The notes below the pieces were generated by a model, which saw only the letters and a program-made list of their open reading frames with translations, had not been told where the DNA came from and ran no database searches. Positions 34,301 through 57,498 of a stretch of 64,000 nucleotides of DNA are shown piece after piece. The position numbers and the translations under genes are program-made. Source of the stretch: Piromyces finnis finn (lineage: Eukaryota; Fungi; Neocallimastigomycota); the NCBI GenBank assembly GCA_002104945.1, contig MCFH01000003.1:124001-188000 (forward strand), in the 5' to 3' direction. How positions within the stretch are numbered: the first letter of the stretch is position 1; every line of letters begins with the position of its first letter.

Positions 34301-35220
34301 TAGAAGGTGAAAATTATAACAGTAATAGTGAATATACTAGCTATACAGAAGATTCCAGATATAAAAGCGGTGTGACAGATGATAGAGATTCAAAATACAC
34401 TAGTTATACAGAAGATTCCAGATATAGAAGTGGCGTTACAGATGATAGAGATTCAAAATACACTAGTTATACAGAGGATTCCAGATATAGAAGTGGCGTT
34501 ACAGATGATAGAGATTCAAAATACACTAGTTATACAGAGGATTCTAGATATAGAAGTGGTGTAACAGATGATAGATATTCAAAATATACCAGTTATACAG
34601 AAGATTCTAGATATAGAAGTGGTATTTCCACTGAAGATGGATATTCACGTTATAAGAGTGGTGTTACCGATTCACGTTATAAAAGTGGACTCACCATAGA
34701 TGATGGTTATGGTTATTCTCGTTACACAGAAGATGAATCAAAACTTGAGTCCTTATCAGTCGATCCATCAGCCTTTGATTCTCTAGCAATTGATAAAAAT
34801 CCTAAATTAGATTCAACTTATAGTTACACTAATGTTATAATAACAAATGCAGATGATAAAAAGTTGTCTACGGATTCGAAGAAAACGGATGTTACTAATT
34901 ACACCGATTCCACAAATACTATCTCTAAAGACTTTTCTAATGGTGGATATTCTTCCGGTTTTACTTTATCCAACGCTAATACTTTATCAAGTGGATTTAC
35001 ATTTTCAACGAATGAAAAAACCATTTCAAATGGATCAAGTTTAGAGCCACCTCGCACAAATTCATCACGAACCACAAAAACTAGTTCTAATTTAAATAAA
35101 GTGTCTACAATTTCTACAAATACAGAAAGTTTATTAAGTGATTTTAGTAAATACAGTAGTTTAGATACTATGGGTTCAGTAAGTTCATTAAGTTTTACTG
35201 ATGAAGATAGCAAACAATAA
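31389..35220 (+). CDS. LRR receptor-like single-pass membrane protein, two exons (intron 32875-32980), no kinase domain
   Basis: About nine plant-type 24-aa LRRs (LxxLxxxxxxIxGxIP), Cys cap W....DCC....ITC, TM GIFFLVLAILAVIVFFYKR; GTAAGT...TAG intron joins ORFs 31389 and 33148 in frame (KWLGS-NLFRDP...GKMDSS). Confidence 0.88.
31549..31710 (+). repeat. 18-bp coding repeat, (QNQNFN)x8
   Basis: Eight hexapeptides, one QNQNLN variant, with synonymous variation between units. Confidence 0.95.
34330..34645 (+). repeat. 63-bp coding repeat, about 5 x KYTSYTEDSRYRSGVTDDRDS
   Basis: Five consecutive units visible at DNA and protein level, degenerating at the 3' end. Confidence 0.95.
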
Positions 35221-36428
35221 ATATTGAAAAAACAACAATAATAATAGTTGTAAAAATAAATAACAACGGAAAAAAAAAAAAAAAAAGATATTTAATTAAA
35301 TTAAGAATATAGGATATAGTATAAATATCTTTTTTTTTTTTTTTACTATTATTAATATGTCATGTATATTTGTGTAATTTCAGAGTATTATTCATTATAT
35401 AAATATATTTTAAAATTACTTTAATTTTAGGTAGTATAAGCAGAAGTTATCGTTAAAAACATCATCATTAAAATAAAATTTTTAAAAAAAATTTTTTTTT
35501 TTTATTTAATAGCCTTTTCTTTTTATTATGTGTATAAATTTTTTTAAAAAAATTTAATTTTTAAATAGTTGTATTATATGTAAAAACAAACAAAGTAATA
35601 AACGATTTATTTCAAATATTTAAACATATTTTTAAGTTTTGAAACTAAGTTTTTGATATAAAAAGATATATTATCATTTATTGATAATGCTTAATATTAA
35701 TTTTTAAAATATATTGTTTAAGTTAAAACAGTAATTATGAATGATAAATATAGTATGTATCCATAAATTTATTGTATTTATTGTAGGTAGTGGGTGGTGA
35801 TACAATGACATTGTGTGATTTTTTGTATATAAAAAAAAATTACCTATGAAAAAATAAAATGTAAAAAATAATAGAATTTTTTTTTTTTATAATGTTAAAT
35901 GTTATTTATAATATATATATATATAAAAGGAAAAGAAAAAAAACTTTATATATAAATCAATATATTTTTCTTTTAAATGGATTAATAAAATATAGCATAA
36001 TTTAACACTATCAGAAATATCAATAAAAAATAATTATATTTCATTTAAATAATTTTATTTATATATACATTTTTATTATAAATAGAATAAATTATTATAA
36101 AAAAATAAACAATAGCCTTTAGAAGTACTTTTCTTGTTGAATTGTTCATTTTGTATTAAATATAATCTTTTAACTTTATTATGCAAAGATTATTATACAT
36201 ATGCATAAAACCTTAATAATATTATAAGATTAACTTTAAAAGGAAAATAAAATTTTTATAAATTATCAAAAGAAATAATTTTAAAGTTTTCAATGATAAA
36301 TGAACTAATTTCCTTTTTAAAAAAAAAAAAAAAAGAAAAGTGAGATGAAATATAATATACAATATTTTAAAAGATAAACGATAAAATTCAATAGTTATAA
36401 GAAATAAACAATAGAAGAAGAAAATTTC

Positions 36429-36462
<34 letters not shown>

Positions 36463-36563
36463 TATTATATAATATGAATTATATTATTTTTTCATATAAA
36501 GTTTTTATGAAAGAAAAGAAATATTTAATTTACAAATGAAATAAAAAAAAAAACAAAAAACAA

Positions 36564-36598
<35 letters not shown>

Positions 36599-36770
36599 AA
36601 ATTTATACTCAATTAATGAATACTAATACTAAGAAGTTATAATTATAATAAATAAAAATATATACAATAAATATTAAATAAAATAATATTTATTTATTTA
36701 AATAAAAAATAAAAAAAAAAAGAAAAAACTAAAATAATATAAAAATAAAATCAAAAAAATTATTAGTAAT

Positions 36771-43565
<6,795 letters not shown>

Positions 43566-44098
43566 AATTATAGTACAAATGGGCAGTTTTTTTTTTTTTT
43601 TTCTTAAAAAAAATAAAGTTATTATTAGAAAAATTATCTTAATAATAATTTATTAAAAAAAAATATATTCTATCTATGTTTTAGTATAAATCTCAATAAA
43701 TAAAAATTAGAAACTTTTAAAATAAAATGGTAAAAAGATTTTTTTTTTCTGGCTTTATTAGTTAACAAAATGATTTTTTTATGTTTAGTGTGTTGTTGTT
43801 TATAGATTATGTAATATGTATTATTTATGCATATGTATTTATGAATAGTTTTATATAAAAAGCGATTTAATATAAATAGTTTTATATAGCTTTATAAATA
43901 CTATCTATTTATATAACAGTTTTTTTTTTTTTTTTTTGGAGATTATTTAAGAATAAAAAGTATTTTAATTTTAATATAAATTTAAATATAAAAAAAAAGA
44001 AAAAATTTTTTTATTTTATTTTAATTAGTATTTTAATAAGTATAAATTATGAAATTTTAAAAAAATAATTTTATTTTTTTTAAAAAAAAAAAAAAAAA

Positions 44099-45293
44099 AT
44101 GTCAACAAGAAGTACACGTAAATCAAGTCGTTTAGCAGTATCAAATAATATTAAAAAGAATTATGATAGTGAAGATTCAATTCAATCCATTGATTCAAAA
44201 ACATCTCAAAGAAAAAGTAATAGAAAAAGTAATACCATAGAAAATGATACGAATGCTTTTATAAATAATGAATCAATTAATAAAAAAAGAAAATTAGGAA
44301 AATCCAAAAGAGAAAATATAGGTAGTGATATAGAGACTGAAAAAGCAACACCTCTTAAAAGAAAGGATACTAAAAAAGGAAATAATAAAAAAAGTTTAAT
44401 AAGTAGTGATGCCTATGACAGTTCATCAACAGTTTACGAAAGTTCAGTAGTTGTGGAAGAAGGTGGAAAATCTATGGTTGAGGATACCCTTAATTCTTCA
44501 GGTACAACCTCAGAAAAAAAAAGGAATCCATTTGGAAAGAAAAAGAAAGAATATGTTGGTGAACCTCCATTAAATTTAAATGATTATGAAAAACCATTTA
44601 AAAATGCAAAATATTCAACTCCAAAAAAATATAAATTATTGAAACAAATTTTAATGATGGATAGAAATAAAACCGATGTGCCCATTGATGCTCCATTATG
44701 TAAGAATATTATTAAATTTAATTCATAAACTATTTATATATATAATATAAAACAGTCCAATATATATATATATATTACATTATTTTATTTTGAAATTTGA
44801 AAAATTAAATAAATATTCACAAATTTTAAATTAAATAAATAAAAAAAAAACATTGAGATTTAATAATTATTAATACTTTTTTATCCATTTCTATTTATCT
44901 CTATTTGATAGATATGAACATTGAAGCACCACCTTCTGTTTATCCAAGAAAGAAATATTGTGATATAACAGGATTAAAAGTAAGTTATTATGTTAAAGTA
45001 TTATTATTATACCTCAAAAAGTCTTTAATTATACATATTTGTTTTATATGCATATATATATACTAATAAATAATTATTATTTTTATGTATTTATTCCTAT
45101 AAAACTATATATATAAATAAATAATATTTTTATTTTATTTTATTTTTTTTTTAAAAAAAAGGCCATTTACACAGATCCAAAATCAGGTTTAAGATATTAT
45201 GATTCCACAGTATATAAATATATTCAAGAACAAACTCAAAGTACTTTACAAGGCTATCTTGGACTTCGTAATGCAGCTGTTAATTTAAAATAA
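44099..45293 (+). CDS. IES6: INO80 complex subunit Ies6 (YL1 C-terminal domain), three exons
   Basis: Spliced product contains [35 protein letters not shown]...YLGLRNA. Confidence 0.92.
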
Positions 45294-45893
45294 GAAATTA
45301 TATCCTATTATACAATTATAATGAATCTCATTAAATCATATTTATTGGTAATATACCCATTTGCAACGAATACAAATAACCATTAAATACACACTCACAT
45401 ACACACTCATATATTTAATGATTAAAATTATCTTTTCTAATTTTCTTTTTTTTTTTTAAAGAAATATTTGTTATATAAGCCAATTTATTAAAATATAAAT
45501 AAAAGGATAAATTAAAAAAAAAAAAAAAAAAAATAGTGTTGTTGAATATATGAATTATCTATTCCCCTTTTTTTCTCTCTCACTCTCTCTTTCTTTAATT
45601 CTTTACAAATAAAATTTTGAAAAACAATAATGTTCATTTATATGGGTAAAAAAAACTTTAATAATAAATTTATATTCTTTGGATAATACTGATTTATATA
45701 AATATTTATTTATTTATTATTATTAGTAGTAGAGTAGTAGTAGTAAAATAAGAAAAAGTATAGCTATGAATTTATGAAGCAATGAAATACTATTTTACTG
45801 ATTGTAGTATTAATTTATAAAATAAATTTATTTTGGATGGTTGTGTATTTGAATAGATAATAAATTATAATTTAGTTCTATACAATATATCTC

Positions 45894-48446
45894 TTATATT
45901 TTAACTATTCTAACATCTGTCTTTGGTACTAATTGAATATCTAAGGATTTATTAACTTCATCAGTTATTATTTGTAATTCCTAAAATTAATAAAAAAAAA
46001 AAAAAAAAGAAAAAAAGATTTAAAAAATGAATATAAAAAAATTTCCAACTTTAGTAGGAAAAAAAAAAACAACTTTTACTTACCTCTTCATTTTTACACT
46101 TTGATATTTTATTCATGGTATAAATAAAGTTATCATTATTATTACTTTTTTTAGCTATTTCCTTTTCTAAGGCTTCAATTTCTTTATTAAGTTTTTCCTA
46201 TTAAAAGTTTTATATCATTTTAAAAAGTATAAAATGTTGGATTAAATATGCATACATATTTATATAACAATTATAAGAAAAAAAAAATAAAGATATAATA
46301 AATAAAACATACAACTTCGTTATTTAAATTTTCTTTAGTATTGATATCTATTATTTCTGGTGGCTCTATAGAATCTATATTATATGGTGACAATATTTCT
46401 GACATATAATCATGGTTTCTTCTGTATCTACCAATAGATATTTCTCTAGATTGTATTACATCATATTCATCTTCTTTTTTTATTTTTTTATTTATTTATT
46501 ATTTATATTTTTTTTTTAAAAAAAAAAAAGGGTGTGTAAAAGAAAAATGGAAAAAGATAAAAAAATAACATTTATTAGTATTAATACCAAAAATCTATTA
46601 TGTATATTATTATTATTATTATTATTATTATTTTAGTTAAAACATTTACCTCCTGATAAGTTTTTTTCTTCATCATCATATCTATACATGTTATTCTATT
46701 TTTATAAAGCAATAATAAAATATAATTATTTATTTAGAATTTATTTACTTTTTTTTTCCTTTCATTTATTAATCCTATTTAATTTTTTTTTCCTTATTTT
46801 GAAATTATTATATAATTATTTTATTAACAAAAATAATGATAAATACCTTTCCTCTTTGAGGGGTTTGAGGCCTTGAAGCCATTTGATAAGATTGTGGTTG
46901 CATTTGTGGTTGCATTGGATGCTTATTCATAGGATTCATATTTTGTTTGTATTGTTGTTGCATTTGATATTGTTGTTGATTTTGCATTTGTTGTTGTTGA
47001 CTTTGTTGCATCTGTTGTTGATTTTGTTGCATTTGTTGTTGCTGATTTTGTTTTGGTGGATAACCAGCAACCAATCTTATATTTTGAGGTTGAACTTTAA
47101 TTTGAGCTGGAATTACTGGTACTATTCATTCATAAAAGATAATTAATAATAAAAATATCATAAATTAATAAATGATATTCATTGACAATTAAAATTGTAA
47201 AAGTTTTTTTTTTTTTTTTTAATTTTATTTTTTTACCATGTTCACGAAGTTTTGTATATTGTAACATTTCAAGCATTGGATAATTAAGTGATCTCATTCT
47301 AAATCTTCTTCTTGAAATTGAACAATAAAGATGTCCTTCAGCAAATCCCAATTTTCTTTCATAACATTCCAATTCCTATAAATTTTGTTGAAGTTTTAAT
47401 AACAGCGATTATTATTATTATTTATACGTATAGTGTATATATATATATATAGATAGATATGTATGTATTTTCATTATAAGAAATATAAATTTGATAAAAT
47501 TTGTATATTTGTATATATTTTATAAAAATATTTATATTGCATAATAATAATAATTATAAATATAATAATTTTTTATAAATAATTAAATTCAAATATTTCT
47601 TTACCTTATCATTATCAATTGAAACTGTTTTAATTAATTTTTCATCGTCTAACCATCCATAACTATTGTAAAATTGTATTATATATTCAATGGTTATTCC
47701 ATATTTTTTTTTTAAAAAAAATTACACAAAATAAATAAATTTATATATTATAAAAAGGTATCTTTACCCATCAGAAGGAATGTCGATTATATTTTCATCA
47801 GGTTTTGGAATTAAAATTAAGAAAATGCTACCCTCTATATAAAATTAATTTTTGAAATTATATTAATATTAAAACATTTTTTAAATTTTTTTAAAATATT
47901 TTAAATTTTAAAAAAGCAAATATACGAATAAAATTATATATTTGTTTTTTCTTTTCTTTTTTTTTAAAAAAATTTCAAATAGTTAATTCACATAAATATT
48001 AATAAATCAAAAATTTATTAACCTTTTGGTTTATCAACGTAAACGGGTTCAAAATTAATTTTATTAAAAGCATTACAAGCATTAATAATCAATTCACCAA
48101 ATTTTTCAAATGGTAAAAAAGTTGGAAAAGATGGATAATCAATATTTCCTTTATAAAAGAATTTATTATGAGGTTGTGGTCTAACCATATTATTATTTTG
48201 AATAATTGGTGGTTGATTGTAATTTTGAGATTGATTAGGTGGCATTGGTTGGGGTATACTATGTTGACGTTGTGATGATTTGTGAAGTAAATCTTTTTGA
48301 TTTTGATTTATTGGACTATTAAGACTTCCCAAGGCACTGGCACTATTCAATGCTGGATTAATATTTTGATACTGTTGAGGATGAATGGATTGCTGTTGCA
48401 TTTGCATTTGTGAAATTAATTGTGGATTTTGAAAATTATTACTCAT
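45894..48446 (-). CDS. SSR4: Ssr4-like SWI/SNF and RSC subunit (DUF1750-like), multi-exon, Gln-rich
   Basis: Exons give YPSFPTFLPFEKF, ECYERKLGFAEGHLYCSISRRRFRM and YDVIQSREISIGRYRRNHDYMSEILSPY, matching my recollection of Ssr4 motifs. Confidence 0.65.
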
Positions 48447-49875
48447 GATTAAAATACTCCTGATGAATCAATTTAATTTACGAATTAAAAAATATCTAAT
48501 ATTAAAAATTAAGGCACTTTTATTACACCTATAATATACTTTTTCTTTTTTAGAAAAAAAAAAAATTCAAAGATTATTTCTTAAAATCTGAAATACAATA
48601 GGAATAATAATTATAATAAAATTAAAAAATTGAAATTCAATAAAATTTATAAATTTAAAATTTATTTAGTTTTATATTATTTATCCATTAAAATAATAAT
48701 AAAATAAATGAATAAAATATATAAAAATTAAATAACTTTTTAATCTAATTATTATTATAAAAAAAAAAAAATATTTATTTAATATTAATAGTTGACTATA
48801 TTATAATTATTAATATCCTATTATGTTATAAAACATTATATATACCTATTTATTTATATTAATTGTTGTTGTATTGTTACTATAGTTTTTATATTTTTGG
48901 TATTGAAGATAATAGTAATACATTAAGAGAGAAGACTGGAAGACTGGACATCATCTGTACCTAAACATTTATTCATTAATAACTTTAATGAATAAATGTT
49001 GTTGTTGTTGTTGTTGTTGGTTTAATTAAAACATTTATTGGTGTGGATCAATGTATTGATAAATTATTATTTGAAAAATAAACCACGATTTTATATATAT
49101 TTAAAGGTATATAAGATTGAAAGAATAAAAAAAAAAAAACATTTCAATAATATTTTACAGTTGAGACTTTATAATGTATCGAAATTTTGTTAAAGATTTA
49201 TATGTAAAGATTATTTTTTTTATTTTTGTTTCTTATTTAATTAGATTTAGTTAGATTATGAGTTAACTAGGCAATCCTTTTTATAAAAAGTTTACAAGTA
49301 TTTTTAAAAAAAGGTTTATCAAATCAATACTAATGAAAATGAAAATGTGTCAATAATGCTTTTAGCTAATTTTTAAAGTTATAAAACATTAACTGTCATA
49401 AAAAATAAGATATTATAAAATAATTAGATATAAAAAGAAAAACTCATTGTAATACTCTATTATATAGTCAAATGTTTTGATAACACAATAAAATAAAATA
49501 GGTTTATTAATGTTCACATTCGAAAAAATATACACATTAACAATGATGGTATAATATATATATTTTCTATTTATATTATATTTCTTTTACTTTTTCCCCT
49601 TCTTTTAAATAGTAATGACAATTTTAAAATAGTTATAAATAAAGGTATAACAGTAGAATGATTCCATTTTAGAATTAAAAAAAAAAAGTAAAACATCGAT
49701 ATTTTATTTTTATTTTAAAGGTGGAACCTTTTTAATTATAAAAATTAATTTAGATTCATTAAAATTTAATTAATAAGGTGGAAAAAAAAAAGGTTTTTTT
49801 TAATAAATACTTTTAACTAAATAAAAAATAATATTTAATAATAATAATAATAAGAAAAAGAAGAAGAAGAGCAGA

Positions 49876-49928
<53 letters not shown>

Positions 49929-49959
49929 CATAATAATAATCATAATCATAATCATAATC

Positions 49960-50029
<70 letters not shown>

Positions 50030-50066
50030 TAAAAAGTATTCATAATAAAAAAAATAAAAAATAAAA

Positions 50067-51544
50067 ATGGCAAATAATCAAAAGAGTAACTGTCTTAATA
50101 AAATATTATTGAATATAATTTTATTAAAAAATAAATAAACCAAATACATAACTAATGAATAATAAAATAAATTAAAATAAAATGGTTAAAAGATGAAAAT
50201 AAAAAAAAAACAGCGGAATTCAAATTTATTAAATCAAAATTTGATTTAGTGACACTTTTAATTTTACCTTTTACTTCTGCAACAATATGTCTTTTTTCAA
50301 AAGAATCACTTACAAATAATACAGCTTTAACTATCTTTACAGCTGCTTTAATGTCATTTGTTGCTCGTACAGGATTAATGTATTGGGCCAATGCAAAAAG
50401 AAAGGCTTCTCCAAGAGTTAATATTTTTTTTTTTTTTAAAGAAAAGAATTTTATGAATAATATTAAAATAAACTATTTTTATGAAATACTTGTTATTAAT
50501 ATGTAATCTTTTATTTTATCCTTCCTTCTTTTATTATTATATTTAACAGAGACAATTTGTTGCTATTTTAACCGCTCTCATAATTTCTATAGTATTTTCA
50601 GTATTTACTACCATCTTTTGTCTATTAGTTAAAGTTTCACTTTCAAAGTAAAATATTTTATTGATTTTATATATATTTTATTAAATGTTTTTTTTTATAA
50701 TGCAATTAACATAATTTCATTGCTATATTTATATATATACATTACAAAATTTCCTATCCCAATATAAATCATAACAACAACAATAACAACAACAATAACA
50801 ACAACAACAACAATAATAATAACAATAATAATAAAATATATATATATATATTTCAAAATTTGAAATAATAATATAATAATAAATGGAAAACACATATGAA
50901 ATAGTAAATTATTAGAATTAATTAGTTGTTCAATATTTATTGCTGTATTAGGTATGTATCCAGCAGCTTTTGTTGTTAGTACAGATATTGACTCATGGAC
51001 TAGAATGTTTTCTCTTATCGAGTATGTTTTAATATATTTTGTTAAAAAAATAAAATTTTTTCTTTGATAAAAAAGAAATAAATATAATATATATATTTAA
51101 TTATAGTTTTAACTCATTTATATTATTATAAATAAAAAAAAAAAAAAATAAATAAATAGAATATTCAAATGTGATAAACATGAAATAAGTGTTGGTGCAC
51201 CATTACTTGGAAGTATTATTGGTGCATGGGCAAGTACTCTTGCTCTTCCATTAGATTGGAATGCATGGTGGCAAGTAAGTTTATTTATTTTGGTTTTTCT
51301 GTTTGTTTTGTTTTATAATAAATTCCATTGTATTTTTTCAAATAAATGAACTATATGTATTAACTAATTTATTAATTTTAAAATATGTTATGTATTAATA
51401 ATGAATAAATAAATAAAGCCATTCCCAATTTCTACAGTAATATGTTCTGTTTTAGGAAATATTATAGGATCTATTATTGGTATTATTTTCTATCTTTTCA
51501 AAAAAGAAAAGATTCCAAAATCATCAAATAAAAAGGAACAATAG
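50067..51544 (+). CDS. GPI11: GPI ethanolamine-phosphate transferase accessory subunit PIG-F/Gpi11, multi-exon
   Basis: Hydrophobic exons ending in GAPLLGSIIGAWASTLALPLDWNAWWQ...PFPIS. Confidence 0.85.
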
Positions 51545-52127
51545 ATAAACAGGATTTTTAGTATCAATATAAAAATTGGATTATATATAGAACTATATCT
51601 TAATAAAGAAAAAAGCTTGGAATAATATAGATTATTATCATTATTATTATTTTTTTTTTTTTTTTTTTTTTGGATATAAATCAGTATTATTTATAAAATA
51701 ACAATCATTAATGTAAAATGGAAAAAAAAATAATTAAATAAGCAATAAAAAATAGAAAATGAAAACATATACACATGTACATATATATAACTTTATGATT
51801 TTTAAAAATTAATATAATTTATATAATATATTTTTAAAGTATTTATTACTAGAGATAGTTGGAATATAAATGTATCCTATGCATTATTATAAAGTAAACT
51901 ATTCATAATTATAATTATTGTTAATGTACATATATACATATGCATAATAGTATGGAATAATTCTTAATTTAAATTTTATTATAGAGATAACAATAATATT
52001 TTTTTTTTCTTTAAAAAAAAAAAAAATAACTCTTATAATTTTAATAGCATTATTATTATTATTATTATTATTATTTTGATTGTTTTTGTTAGATTTTTTT
52101 TTCCTGATTTTCAGTATTTCATTAGCA

Positions 52128-52176
<49 letters not shown>

Positions 52177-52184
52177 TTATACTC

Positions 52185-54568
<2,384 letters not shown>

Positions 54569-54921
54569 TTTTATTTTTATTTTATTATTTTTTTATTAAA
54601 TATAAAATTAATAAAATTTTATTTTATTAATTTTTATAAAAAAATAAAATTGGTCGTGTATAACCAATTAAAAAAAATTTTTTTTTTGACAAGTTTCATT
54701 GTAAAAACTTTATATGGGAAGGGAAGTAAAGAAAGGAAGAAAGAGAAAACAAATAATAATAATGATTGTTATTTAAAAAACATTATTTAACTATATGTTA
54801 ATTATGATGTTTTTTTTTAGTAAATAACTCTTATACTATTTTTCACCATGATGATGATGATGATTATCATGAATTGTTATTTGCTATTTAGTGTTATTTC
54901 AATTTTATTCAGTGATGAATG

Positions 54922-54953
<32 letters not shown>

Positions 54954-55351
54954 CCTCATAGAGAAAAGAATTATTTCTGAATTTTCAAATTTTGTTATTT
55001 TTTTATTTATTTATTTATTTATTTTTATTTTATAATAAAAATGCCTCTTTTTTTTTTTTTTTTTTTTTCAATTTATATATACCAGTTAATGAGTTTAATT
55101 ATAAAAGCTTAATAGGATAATTTTTTTTATTTATTTAAAAAAGTAAAGTTTATCAATAATAATGATAGAAAGAAAAAAAAAACCTTTAGATTGAAACATA
55201 TATTAGGGATGGAAGAAAAAAAAAAAAATTCTTTTTTTTTTTTTATTCTCTTTTCTGAATAAAAAAAAAACATGGAATTATAATTAAAATAGAAAAGAAA
55301 AAAAAAAAAAAAAGTAATAATAATAATAAAAATTAAAAAATAAAATAATTA

Positions 55352-56231
55352 TTAATCTATATCTATCTTTTCAATGGATGTTAATGGAATTTGATCTGGT
55401 TCAAGATCATCCTCTTCCTTTTTCACTCTTGATGACAATGAATAGAATAATACACCCGTTACAACTGCTAAACATGATTCAACCTTATAGATAGTAAGAC
55501 ATTGAGCATTATCAATTTCACAGAAAAAGAAAGAACTGAAGAAGAAAACTGTAACTGCACGTAGAGCTTGTAAAACACCTAACGTAAAAAAAAATAGAGA
55601 AAAATGGAGATATATATATATATAATTAGTACTATTATATATATAATATATAATTAAATAAATAATAATAAAATAAAAAAAAAACCCTAGTTTTTTTTTT
55701 TTTCAAAATTTCTTTTTGTATTTTTTAATACCTGTGGTAACAGCACCAGATGATTCAAGAATCCAGAAGTAAGTGTATGAATGTAAGAAATGAAGTAATA
55801 AAAGTAAAATCTAATGATATAAAAAAAAGGTATTTATAATAATTATAAAAAAAAAAACATGTTTAATAAATTATTCATTCAAGAATATTTATTTATATTT
55901 TAATATAGTCTAGTCATAAATTACTTACATAACTAATGTAAATCCATCCATAGGGTTGACCTCCATAATTTTCTTTTACTTTATCAACAATCAGGGTTTG
56001 GTAATGTGGAAGGGTGTAGAGTATAATGTAAACTAAACAAATACTTGATGAACATGTACCAATCCATGAACTTTGTTGAACTGTTGATGGACCACCTGGA
56101 AGTTTTAAATGCTTTTCGTTTAAAACATAAACAAATGAATCTTTATTATAAAGATATCCAATACAAATATATACATAATATGATTAAACCATAATTTGTT
56201 AATTTTTTGTAAATGATTTATATATACAATT

Positions 56232-56269
<38 letters not shown>

Positions 56270-57498
56270 CAATTTACAATATTATAATATTATTATTTAA
56301 AACTTACAAAAAATGGTTCCTAAAAGATTGATAACAATACCAACTAAAATAATTGGTGCTGTTATATTAATATGGAATAAAAAAAATAAAATAAATAAAA
56401 ATAAAAATATATATATGTATATTAGTTATATATTAATCAATAATCACTACATTAAAAGAAAAAGTTTAATTACATGTAAGTTTTCCATCTTTTCCAATGG
56501 CACTTAATGATAAACCAACAGCAATACCCTATAAACAAAATTATATTTATAAAAGTGTTAAAAAAAATCTTTAAAATAGTTTAATAATTTATAGCATTGC
56601 TTCTGAATATTTACAATAACAGCTATCCATTGTTTAATATTTAATGTTTTATTTAAAAAGTATTTTGAAAATATGGCATTAAAAACAATAACACCTGCAT
56701 GGATGACTTGATAAATACCGGAACCAATAATAGACAAACCAATAGTTGATAATACATTACCCAACACTTCAAATGTGGTAATCTTTGTAAAAAAAAAAAA
56801 ATAGTATTATATTATGCATATATAAAGAGATGGAATAAATTTATTTGGAATTTTGTTATTAATTGTAAGATATAAAATTTTATAAAGAACATAAATAATT
56901 AAAAGAATTTTCCATTAATACTTTAGTAATTTAGTCAAACAATCATTATATATATATATCGAAGGGTAAAAAAAAAAAAAAGGTATTTTATTCTTACAAT
57001 GAAAATTCCTTTTCTAATTTCAGGAGATGCAGTAAAGAATGATTTTGGTGGTTGAAGTAATACTGCACCATTTCTTGGTACAGAAGCTTTTGCAGGTGCT
57101 GGGAAAAATCTACATAAAGCCATACCCATATATTGTGTAAACACTGTCAATATCGTTGCTTTATCTATTTTATTGAAATATAAATATTTCAAAGTAATAG
57201 TTATATATTAATCAGTTTTAAACGTTTATAGTATTTAATACTTTTATATCAATTTTAATGATTGATATTTTACCAGCAGCACCGATATTAAATAAGTTTT
57301 GCTATATTTTTTTTTGATAAAATAGAGCATTGTATAATAATTAATAATTATAATACCAACCAACGACATTTTATTTTAAACTTTTTGAAATGTATAATTT
57401 TTAATTAAATAAGATAAAATTACCGTAATTAAAGTAGAAAATATTCCACTTAATAAAAAGATAGCTTGAAATAAAAATGTTTGTAATGTATAAGCCAT
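55352..57498 (-). CDS. EamA/SLC35F-type (DMT superfamily) membrane transporter, multi-exon
   Basis: Multi-TM exons including LSTIGLSIIGSGIYQVIHAGVIVFNAIFSKYFLNKTL and SGAVTTGVLQALRAVTVFFFS; substrate unknown. Confidence 0.75.

Noticed and set aside
31549-34645. Regular repeats as CRISPR-like arrays
   Set aside because: There are no spacers; the units are contiguous, in-frame coding repeats in a eukaryotic gene.
44099-48446. Functional clustering of two chromatin-remodelling subunits (IES6, SSR4)
   Set aside because: They are convergent neighbours from different complexes with no shared promoter; chance adjacency is sufficient without synteny data.
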